Positions 38,070 to 45,956 of a stretch of DNA of 64,000 nt are shown here, piece by piece. The position numbers and the translations under genes were made by a program. A model generated the notes under the pieces. The model was not told where the DNA came from. It ran no database searches and worked only from the letters and a program-made list of their open reading frames with translations. The DNA comes from an uncultured Christensenella sp. (GTDB lineage Bacteria > Bacillota > Clostridia > Christensenellales > UBA3700): NCBI GenBank assembly GCA_949284695.1, contig CASDWJ010000029.1:25076-89075 (forward strand). Direction: 5' to 3'. Each line of letters opens with the position of its first letter. Positions within the stretch are counted from its first letter, which is position 1.

Positions 38070-40565
38070 ATGAACTACATTTCTTTATGCGGAGAGTGGA
38101 AGCTCTCAAGAAACGACAGCAACGAAACGGTTACCGCTACGGTACCCGGTTGCAACTTTACCGACCTGCTCGCGGCAGACAAGATCCCCGATCCTTTTCT
38201 CGCGTGCTACGAAAAGAGCGTTCAATGGGTCGGCGAAAAGATATGGACGTACGAAAAGACCTTTCAGGCAGACCATGCGATCCTCTCCTCTGCAAAACAG
38301 GAGATCGTGTTCGAAATGCTCGACACTCTCGCCGAGATCTACCTCAACGGAGAGACGCTCGGCAAAACGCAGAACGCGTACAGAACGTACGTTTTCGACG
38401 TAAAAGGCATACTCAAAGAAGGCGAAAACACGGTCAAAGTCGTGTTCTTCTCCCCTCTCGACTATATCCGTCAATGGCACAAGGCGATGCCTTTGCCCAA
38501 CACGACCGAGGGCGAAGCGGGAAGCTGTCATATCCGCAAACCCGCCTATCACTTCGGCTGGGACTGGGCGCCTCACCTGTTGCATTGCGGCATAATGAAG
38601 CCCGCCTATATCCGCGCATACGACGGCGCGCGCCTTGACGGCGCAAGGATAAGGCAGATACACAAGGACGGCAAAGTCACGCTTGAGATCACGCCCGAGA
38701 TCACCGACGGCGAAAACGAGACCGTAGGTTACAGACTGACCTGCCCCGACGGCGAAACCCTTCTCGCGGCGGGAAAAGGCACGGTGAGCATAACCGTGGA
38801 AAACCCGCAACTCTGGTGGACTGCCGACCTCGGCGGTCAGCCGCTGTACAAACTCGAATGCACCCTCGGCAAACAGACCAGGACTTACAATATAGGTCTC
38901 AGGACTCTCGTCCTCGACCGCTCCGCCGACGAATACGGCGAAAACTTCCGCTTCGTACTCAACGGCGTCGGGATCTTCGCGCGCGGCGCCAACTGGGTGC
39001 CCGCGGACAGCTTCGTCTCGCGCATAAAGCGCGCCGACCTCGAAAGACTGCTCGTATCCGCACGCAACGCCAATATGAACATGCTCCGCGCCTGGGGCGG
39101 CGGCTATTACGAAAGCGACGACTTCTACGACCTGTGCGACAAACTTGGCATACTCGTATGGCAGGACTGCATGTTCGCCTGCTCGCCATACCCATATACG
39201 CGCAAAGACTATATGGAAGAAGTAGCGCTCGAGATCGCGGACAACGTCAGGAGACTGCGTCATCACGCTTCTCTCGCGCTCTGGTGCGGCAACAACGAGC
39301 TCGAGCAGATGAGCGGCGCCTGGATGGTCAGACAGGATATCATCGCGCAGGCGGGCGAGTATTTCTATAAGGAACTGCCCGCGATAATAAAGAAATACGA
39401 CGACGTGACGCCTTACCACCAAAGCTCTCCGAGCGGCAACGGCTATATGAAGAACTACAACAACGACGACTACGGCGACTGCCACCTGTGGAAGGTATGG
39501 CACGGCATGCGTCCGTCCGATTATCTGACAAAGCGCAACCCGCGCTTCTGCAGTGAATACGGTCTGCAATCCCTGCCCCACCGCAACACTCTCGTGCGTA
39601 TCAACGGCGGCGCGATGCCCGCGTCGATGAAAGACCCGGTCATGCAGGCGCACCAGAAAGCGCCTTTCGGCAACAGCCGTACCCTTTTCTATATCGTCGA
39701 CCGCTTCTGGTCTCCCGACAATATGGACGACCTCGTATATATGACCCAGCTGAGTCAGGCGTATTGCGCAAGGGTCGCGACAGAAAGCTGGCGCACGAGA
39801 AAGGGACGTTGCAACGGTTCGCTTTACTGGCAGCTCAACGACTGCTGGGGCGTGACGAGCTGGTCGGGATACGACTATTACGGCAACCCCAAGGCGGTGC
39901 ATTACGAGGCAAAGCGCTTCAACGCGCCGCAGACCGTCGTGATACTCAACGATAAAAACGAGCGCAGGATAACCGCGATCAACGATACCCTTGCCGACGC
40001 AGACTTCGACGTTGTGTACGGCATGAAGTCTTTCGACGGAAAGACCGTCTACGAACAGACCCGTCCCGTATCCCTCAAGGCGGGCGAAAGCAAGGAGATC
40101 GCCCGCATAAATCCCAAAGACCACCACGGCGGCAAGCACTGCGTCGTCTTTGCTGTGATGAAGACCAAAGACGGCAGAACGGTCGCCGAGAGATACCATA
40201 CCGCGTTCAAAGAGAAAAAATGTTCTCTGCCCGATCCCGCTATAAGCGTCGCGACGTCTCTCGACAACGGCGTTTACCGCATAGACCTCGCGGCAAAAAC
40301 GTATGCGCGCGGCGTGGAAATTTCTCTGACCGGTATCGACGGAGAATTTTCGGACAACTTCTTCGATATGCCCGCAGGCGGCAAAGCAAGCGTTAGCATA
40401 CGCGTCGGCTCCGACGATAAGGCGGAACTCGACAAGGCGCTCAGAGTGCGTAGCCTTTACGATGTCAGGCGCAAGCAGAACGGCATAAAAGACACGTTCT
40501 TTGCGACGAAAGTGTTCTTCGAGCCGTATAATCTCGTCAACTGGATTTACAGGACAAAGGAGTGA
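38070..40565 (+). CDS. beta-mannosidase, GH2
   Basis: LCGEWKL...VPGCNFTDLLAADKIPDPF N-terminus. LVWQDCMFACSPYP and WCGNNE motifs. GAGGTG RBS before the ATG at 38070. Confidence 0.85.
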   Translation: MNYISLCGEWKLSRNDSNETVTATVPGCNFTDLLAADKIPDPFLACYEKSVQWVGEKIWTYEKTFQADHAILSSAKQEIVFEMLDTLAEIYLNGETLGKTQNAYRTYVFDVKGILKEGENTVKVVFFSPLDYIRQWHKAMPLPNTTEGEAGSCHIRKPAYHFGWDWAPHLLHCGIMKPAYIRAYDGARLDGARIRQIHKDGKVTLEITPEITDGENETVGYRLTCPDGETLLAAGKGTVSITVENPQLWWTADLGGQPLYKLECTLGKQTRTYNIGLRTLVLDRSADEYGENFRFVLNGVGIFARGANWVPADSFVSRIKRADLERLLVSARNANMNMLRAWGGGYYESDDFYDLCDKLGILVWQDCMFACSPYPYTRKDYMEEVALEIADNVRRLRHHASLALWCGNNELEQMSGAWMVRQDIIAQAGEYFYKELPAIIKKYDDVTPYHQSSPSGNGYMKNYNNDDYGDCHLWKVWHGMRPSDYLTKRNPRFCSEYGLQSLPHRNTLVRINGGAMPASMKDPVMQAHQKAPFGNSRTLFYIVDRFWSPDNMDDLVYMTQLSQAYCARVATESWRTRKGRCNGSLYWQLNDCWGVTSWSGYDYYGNPKAVHYEAKRFNAPQTVVILNDKNERRITAINDTLADADFDVVYGMKSFDGKTVYEQTRPVSLKAGESKEIARINPKDHHGGKHCVVFAVMKTKDGRTVAERYHTAFKEKKCSLPDPAISVATSLDNGVYRIDLAAKTYARGVEISLTGIDGEFSDNFFDMPAGGKASVSIRVGSDDKAELDKALRVRSLYDVRRKQNGIKDTFFATKVFFEPYNLVNWIYRTKE

Positions 40566-40568
40566 CGT

Positions 40569-41381
40569 ATGAAAAAAGAATTTTTCACCACTCCTCTGAC
40601 TTCTCTCGCCGCGACGCTGTGCGACTTCGCGGGAGTACAGCCGCCCGAATTTGCCGCGCCCGCCTGCAAAGAACTCAAAGACGCACTCGTCGCGCAGAGC
40701 GGCAGGACAAGCGTGGACAGGATATTGATGTACACCCCCGACGCCGTCGCCGACTACATCTACGACAAATATTACGACAAGTTCGCGCCCTGCGAAAAGA
40801 TAGCGCCCGTCAGACAGCGGTTCATCACGGTCAACCCGCCCAAAACCCCCGTCTGCTTCGCGAGTATGTACACGGGCGCGCAACCCGAAAAACACGGCAT
40901 AACCAAATACGAAAAACCAGTCGTGAAGATTGACAGCGTGTTCGACGCGTTTATACGCGCGGGCAAAAAGCCGTGCATAGTCAGCGTAAAAAATCAGAGC
41001 ATGGACAAGATCTTCCGCGAGCGCGATATGGCGTATTATCAGGAAGCCTACGACGAAGAAGTCGTCGACCGTGCGCTCGAGCTGATAGAAAAAGACGAGT
41101 ACGATCTGATATGCGTATACAATCAGAGCTACGACGACTCGATGCACCGCACGCACCCCAACAGCAAACGCTCTCAGCGCGCGCTCGGTCTGTATGCGTC
41201 CTCTTTCGTCAAACTTGGAGAAAAAGTCAATACTTGTTGGCAAAATCACGACACGCTGATAGGCTTTGCACCCGATCACGGCGTGCACAGAATGTGGATA
41301 GGGCTGGGCAATCACGGCAGTTATATCCCCGAGGATATGAACATATCTCACCTTTACGGCATTATCCCTGAAAAGGCATGA
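40569..41381 (+). CDS. compact alkaline-phosphatase-superfamily protein (NPP / type I phosphodiesterase-like)
   Basis: 270 aa. LMYTPDAVA is a candidate metal-binding Asp. PKTPVCFASMYTGAQPEKHGI resembles PTxTxPxxxSxxTGxxPxxHGI. APDHGVH resembles sDHGM. It starts 4 nt after the beta-mannosidase stop. Confidence 0.6.
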   Translation: MKKEFFTTPLTSLAATLCDFAGVQPPEFAAPACKELKDALVAQSGRTSVDRILMYTPDAVADYIYDKYYDKFAPCEKIAPVRQRFITVNPPKTPVCFASMYTGAQPEKHGITKYEKPVVKIDSVFDAFIRAGKKPCIVSVKNQSMDKIFRERDMAYYQEAYDEEVVDRALELIEKDEYDLICVYNQSYDDSMHRTHPNSKRSQRALGLYASSFVKLGEKVNTCWQNHDTLIGFAPDHGVHRMWIGLGNHGSYIPEDMNISHLYGIIPEKA

Positions 41382-41400
41382 TTTGGTCCGACTTGACAAA

Positions 41401-41424
41401 AACGCGGCAAGTCCGCGTTTTTTT
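41401..41424 (+). terminator. terminator of the mannosidase operon
   Basis: aacgcgg-caagt-ccgcgtt followed by ttttt. Confidence 0.7.
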
Positions 41425-41603
41425 ATGTCTCGAGTCTGCTTTTGGTCTCACAAAACGCGGCTTTTCTTATGGTTTCCCGCTCAAAATTTTCTCCCGTTGC
41501 CGCCTCCCTTGTCCGGTCTCTGCCGCTCATTTGTTTTTTGTGACGCGGTCTCTTTCGCAATGCCGCAGGTATATACGCGCGCGCAGACGTCAATCATATT
41601 GTT

Positions 41604-42299
41604 ATGATATACAAGATTCTGCTCAACAGCGTCATAGCGTTCGTTTCTCTTTTCTTCATCGCAAAAATCCTCGGCAAAAAACAGATAGCGGAGCTCACTT
41701 TCTGCGACTACGTGGTGGGCATATCTCTCGGCTCAATTTCCGCAGAATGGGCGATCGACGACGAAAAACCCTGGTACGTTTACTGCACGGCAATATTGAT
41801 CTTCTTCGCGTTCAGCCTGATAGTTGACTTTGCCGAAAGAAAAAGTCCGTTCCTGAAAAAGATGTTCAAAGGCTCGCCGATAGTGCTCATCAGCGACGGA
41901 AAAATCGACTACATCAATCTCAAAAAGAGCAAGCTCGACGTCAATGCACTGCTTGGCATGTGCCGCGTGGCGGGGTACTTCGATCTGCGCGACGTCGCCT
42001 ATGCGGTTTTCGAGACGGGAGGCGAACTCAGCATCCTGCCCCGCTCCGACCGCCGCGCCGCGACTACGGAAGAACTCGGCGTAGTCACGCAAAAAGCGAG
42101 ACTAGTCCTCCCCTTCGTGATAGACGGAATGATATTTGACGACGCGCTCGCCCGCGCCGGCAAGTCGAGGGAGTGGCTGTTTGAAAAACTGCAGGGCAAA
42201 GACGTAAAACGCGTGCTCCTCGCCTCGTACGACCCCGAAAGCGACAAACTCACCCTGAGCATGAAAAACACCCGCAAATTCGCAGATATAGCAAAATGA
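41604..42299 (+). CDS. DUF421 (YetF-like) membrane protein
   Basis: N-terminal TM segments with GKKQIAELTFCDYVVGISLGS. C-terminal domain with VLISDGKIDYINLKKSKLDVNALL. Confidence 0.7.
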   Translation: MIYKILLNSVIAFVSLFFIAKILGKKQIAELTFCDYVVGISLGSISAEWAIDDEKPWYVYCTAILIFFAFSLIVDFAERKSPFLKKMFKGSPIVLISDGKIDYINLKKSKLDVNALLGMCRVAGYFDLRDVAYAVFETGGELSILPRSDRRAATTEELGVVTQKARLVLPFVIDGMIFDDALARAGKSREWLFEKLQGKDVKRVLLASYDPESDKLTLSMKNTRKFADIAK

Positions 42300-42308
42300 A
42301 AACGCGTA

Positions 42309-42337
42309 TTGACAACGCTTCTCGGTTGGTCTATGAT
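42309..42337 (+). promoter_or_regulatory. promoter of the YhhN-family gene (possibly a leaderless transcript)
   Basis: TTGACA (42309-42314), a 17-nt spacer, then TATGAT (42332-42337). The ATG at 42344 is only 7 nt downstream of the -10, and there is no RBS. Confidence 0.45.
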
Positions 42338-42343
42338 TAAGTT

Positions 42344-43054
42344 ATGGTTTTCTTCTATATTATAGGCGGGCTGTGCGTGGCGAGTTCTATTGCCAAAGCG
42401 TACTTCGATACGAAAAAAAATGTTAAGCCGGAGTTCATCGCAAAACTTCTCGCAAGCGTCAGCTTTATGTTCTGCGCGGTCTACGCGATATACAACAATC
42501 CCGACGCGGTCGAGTACGGGATCTTCATCCTGTGCGCGCTGATATTCGGCACGATAGGCGATATACTTCTCTGCCTCGACGGCTTCTTCCCCGACAACGA
42601 AAACTACTATAAATTCTTCAACACGGTGGGCACCGCGACCTTCTTCATCGGTCACTTGATGTATATGGCTCTGCTTTTCGTCTACGCGCCGATAAGCAGG
42701 ACTCCCTTCCTTCTCCTCGCCCTGCCGATAATGCCTCTGATAATGCTCGCGCTGATACTCACGGGACAAATATCTTTGCCCAGAATAAAGAGCTACCTTA
42801 TGGTCGTATACTTCCTCGTCGCGGGCGGAGTGATAATAGGAGCGGTCTCCTTCGTGATAAACGCCCATTCTTCGCCTGTCGGCTGGATAGTGCTCGCCGC
42901 GTCGATACTGTTCGCGTTTTCAGACTGCTTCCTCGGGCTGTTCCACTACTGCCCCGCGCTGAAGATAAGCGAAAAGGTCGCGCCGTATATCGTGATGCCT
43001 ACATATTGCATAGCGCAGGTGCTTTACGCGCTGTCGATATACTATATCGCCTGA
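42344..43054 (+). CDS. YhhN-family (lysoplasmalogenase-like) membrane protein
   Basis: 8-TM protein. FGTIGDILL and LFAFSDCFLG resemble the two conserved YhhN motifs. Confidence 0.65.
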   Translation: MVFFYIIGGLCVASSIAKAYFDTKKNVKPEFIAKLLASVSFMFCAVYAIYNNPDAVEYGIFILCALIFGTIGDILLCLDGFFPDNENYYKFFNTVGTATFFIGHLMYMALLFVYAPISRTPFLLLALPIMPLIMLALILTGQISLPRIKSYLMVVYFLVAGGVIIGAVSFVINAHSSPVGWIVLAASILFAFSDCFLGLFHYCPALKISEKVAPYIVMPTYCIAQVLYALSIYYIA

Positions 43055-43082
43055 CGAAAATTTAATTGTATTTCTAAAAGTA

Positions 43083-43111
43083 TTGACAAATTTATTTTAA
43101 TCGGTTATAAT
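43083..43111 (+). promoter_or_regulatory. consensus sigma-70-type promoter of the 903-aa island gene
   Basis: TTGACA (43083-43088), an exact 17-nt spacer, then TATAAT (43106-43111). AAGGAGG lies at 43138-43144, and the ATG is at 43156. Confidence 0.65.
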
Positions 43112-43155
43112 AATCTTCGGTAATACTTCAGAATTGCAAGGAGGTACTGAAGATC

Positions 43156-45867
43156 ATGGCGGGAGTTTATTATAAAAACGTAAGCAACAACGAAATCGAA
43201 AACGAATATGACGTATTCATCGGCTATCACGGCGTTTTTTCAGAGAGCAGCAGTTCTCTAAAGGAAGCCGAGGAGATTGCCCTTTATCTTTACAGCATCG
43301 GATTGAAACCCTTCCTGTTCAACAAATTCTGTTACGAAGCTGACAAGAACATTTACTTTCAGCGTACAGGACAAATTGCCAGACGCTCCAAGGCGTTTTT
43401 GATCGTTCTGAAACACTTTGACAATCTACAGCACATAATAAACGAAAACGGTATTTCTCCGCAGACTCAGCTTTTCGACGAAATCGGCGCATTCATTGAC
43501 GCAAAGCCCGACTGCGCGTTCATCAATGCCGTATATTTCGGACCTGACGATCTGGATCTCAGATCTTTTTACAGAAACATAGGTATCAACGGCGTATCGA
43601 TCAACAACTCCCCCATTACGTCCGGTAACGGCGAAAGCGTGCGTTTTGCAAGTCCTTGTGCCGTTCTCTATTACAAATTGCAAAACTGGCTTCATACTTG
43701 CGGCATATACACGAAAGAGCCAGCCGTCGCCGCAGACGCGGTAACTCTTAGTTACATAGACTACCCTCTGCCGAAATACGCAGACAATGCCACGGCTACC
43801 AGCCTGAAAATAGATTTTCTGCAAGATCTTTACCTCAAATTGCGCTGCAACGCGAGAGAACTGAATCTCGAGATACTTGACAATTACCTAGCCATACTTA
43901 CTGCGATAAAAGCTCATTACAAGCATCTCAGCACGGCGGTGTCTCAGCTAGAAGTTATCGTAAACGCCGCAAAAGAGACCCACAAAGAGGGGCAGATCAG
44001 AGTCAGCGTATTTATCAAACAAAAGATAGATTACTTTCAGAACGCTATTTCCAGTCTCGCTTCGGCAAGTGAAAAGATTATCAGGGAGAACGACAGCGTC
44101 CTGATATTCAGCAGAAGTTCCAGCGTCGAAGAGGTACTCAATACCGACGTCGAGAAAAAAAGCTCGGTATCCGTATACATCGCAGAATGCCGCCAGAAAA
44201 GTCCCTCGTCGTTCGCCGACGCAAAATGCTTCTACAACGGTATCAAGCAGAACAACTACGCAAAGTTTGTGTTTATATCCGACGCGACGGCATGTCAATA
44301 CATAACTTCGGGCAAGATAACCAAAGTCTTTATCGGGGCATGCAGCGTAATCACCGACGAAGACGGTCAGATAACCGAAATAGTCAACACCAACGGAAGT
44401 GCGGTGATAATCGACGCGGCGTTAAGACACAATATCCCCGTTTTTGTTTTTTACACAGAGGACAAGATCGTTGAAGTAAAGGACAGGGATTCGATATTCC
44501 TGCATGACAACGAAAGTATAATTTCAGAAGAAAACCCGGAAAACGGCGTATCATATGCCGACGAAAAATACTCTTTCATAAAGCGGAGACCCAATATGGT
44601 TTTCGTAACGAACGGCGGCACTATGAGCACCGACGATTATCTGTCGTATTTCCGCAGAGACACGTGGAAGGACGCCCGAAAAATTGCCAACTGCAACATG
44701 TGCCATTCAGAGCAAAAATGCTTTGTCAAATCGTGTATAAGCGAAGAAGAATTCAAAGTCGAACTCGCGATACTCAAATATATTGACGGCAAATACCCGC
44801 ATGCCGCCAGACTGTTGAGTTCCAACGCAAAAAAAGCGTCGTTCCACCTTGAAAAAATATCCGGCGCAAGGCTTTATGAAATAATAATGCTCTTGTCCGA
44901 ACTCGGGCGCAGAGGCGTTGCTATTGCGGACACCCTGAAAAACGGTCTGATTAACGAATGCAATAAGCACCAAAACTGCTTGACACTCAAATCCGGATCC
45001 GTACTTGACAATTTTTACAAAACCTATCGCAACGGCAATTCTCCTCTTGTCCCTTATCCCAAGTCAAAGATACGGGAAATGCTTCACAGCATGATCTACG
45101 TACACAGGTACATACTCGGCAGAAAACTCGATTACAACAGAGTAACTCTTGAAAACCAGATCGACGAGCTTTACAACGTCTTTGAAGAAAACGCCAACGT
45201 CCTGTTCCGCGACTCGACGGTTAAGAACATGGTACTCGAAGATATTGCCCTCGACGGTCTCGATCAACTCGAGACTCCGGACAAATATTATACCGCTCTC
45301 AGAAAGCTCAAGGCGATCATAACCTCTCCGTTTTTCGCTGAGGGAAATAGCGACGAAGATACGGTCAAAGACTATCTGCGCAAGCACAAAATACGTGAAT
45401 TCGACTTTTCCTCCTGCGTAAACCTTACAACAAAATGGGATGATCTGATCGGTCTTAATCTGCACGAATCCGTCTATTGTACTCGACAACTGAACAAGGT
45501 GTTGTCAAAACTCAAGCGTCAGAACAGGGCAGTCGAGATAGACGATCCGTGCACGGTTTTCATCACATCTCTGATCGTAAGATACATACGCTTCGGAGGG
45601 CGCAAATATCTGTACAGGTATCTCAATCCAAAGATCCACGCTGTCAGATTCCTTTACGACGACGAGAATTTCTATTTCAATACGCTTCAACATATATGCA
45701 ACGAAGTCCCTCGCAAAGATTGTCTCGAAAATTACAGCGAGATCATTTCCGTACTCAGGCAGATCGGCAGTTACCCACACGAATCAATGCCCTTTGATTC
45801 CATGGAAGCGATTTATCCCGAGGATGCCAAAAACAGGACTCCCTGGATGGGACTTTACAAATTGTAA
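43156..45867 (+). CDS. 903-aa multidomain protein: N-terminal TIR-like domain, central eIF2B/MtnA-like module, C-terminal APH/MtnK-type kinase-like domain (function unknown)
   Basis: Long uninterrupted ORF with a strong RBS. TIR-like: YDVFIGYHG, RRSKAFLIVL, QLFDEI, INAVYFGPDDLD (aa about 18-135). eIF2B-like: SVLIFSRSSSVEEVL, VSVYIAECRQKSP, FISDATACQYI, KVFIGACSVITDEDGQITEIVNTNGSAVIIDAALRHNIPVFVF, MVFVTNGG (aa about 285-495). Kinase-like: FRDSTVKNMVL, REFDFSSC (aa about 505-880). All domain calls are by eye. Confidence 0.6.
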   Translation: MAGVYYKNVSNNEIENEYDVFIGYHGVFSESSSSLKEAEEIALYLYSIGLKPFLFNKFCYEADKNIYFQRTGQIARRSKAFLIVLKHFDNLQHIINENGISPQTQLFDEIGAFIDAKPDCAFINAVYFGPDDLDLRSFYRNIGINGVSINNSPITSGNGESVRFASPCAVLYYKLQNWLHTCGIYTKEPAVAADAVTLSYIDYPLPKYADNATATSLKIDFLQDLYLKLRCNARELNLEILDNYLAILTAIKAHYKHLSTAVSQLEVIVNAAKETHKEGQIRVSVFIKQKIDYFQNAISSLASASEKIIRENDSVLIFSRSSSVEEVLNTDVEKKSSVSVYIAECRQKSPSSFADAKCFYNGIKQNNYAKFVFISDATACQYITSGKITKVFIGACSVITDEDGQITEIVNTNGSAVIIDAALRHNIPVFVFYTEDKIVEVKDRDSIFLHDNESIISEENPENGVSYADEKYSFIKRRPNMVFVTNGGTMSTDDYLSYFRRDTWKDARKIANCNMCHSEQKCFVKSCISEEEFKVELAILKYIDGKYPHAARLLSSNAKKASFHLEKISGARLYEIIMLLSELGRRGVAIADTLKNGLINECNKHQNCLTLKSGSVLDNFYKTYRNGNSPLVPYPKSKIREMLHSMIYVHRYILGRKLDYNRVTLENQIDELYNVFEENANVLFRDSTVKNMVLEDIALDGLDQLETPDKYYTALRKLKAIITSPFFAEGNSDEDTVKDYLRKHKIREFDFSSCVNLTTKWDDLIGLNLHESVYCTRQLNKVLSKLKRQNRAVEIDDPCTVFITSLIVRYIRFGGRKYLYRYLNPKIHAVRFLYDDENFYFNTLQHICNEVPRKDCLENYSEIISVLRQIGSYPHESMPFDSMEAIYPEDAKNRTPWMGLYKL

Positions 45868-45895
45868 TGCGATTGCAGTTAAACACTCTGCGCAA

Positions 45896-45928
45896 CAAAA
45901 AAGGTTCCGTAATTCGGAACCTTTTTTG
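45896..45928. terminator. bidirectional terminator shared by the island gene and the convergent transporter
   Basis: aaaaaa-ggttccg-taatt-cggaacc-tttttt. Confidence 0.8.
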
Positions 45929-45956
45929 TCACCACATCGCTTTAATGCTGCAAACC

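Noticed and set aside
38106-41399. 1097-aa minus-strand ORF, the longest in the track.
   Set aside because: It is antisense to the well-supported GH2 beta-mannosidase and AlkP-like genes. Its translation is Arg/Val/Ala-rich and low-complexity with no motifs. It is a typical shadow ORF of a GC-rich coding region.
43156-45867. Interpretation as an ordinary bifunctional methionine-salvage MtnK/MtnA enzyme.
   Set aside because: The domain order is reversed relative to the pathway. An N-terminal TIR-like domain is present. The GAD catalytic motif reads GAC and the kinase HxD reads FRD. The gene is compositionally foreign. No other mtn genes are nearby. It is kept as an alternative hypothesis to test.
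43060-45935. Prophage or integrative-element origin of the low-GC island.
   Set aside because: There is no integrase, transposase, att-like direct repeat or phage gene on either side. Only composition and the autonomous promoter and terminator suggest horizontal origin.
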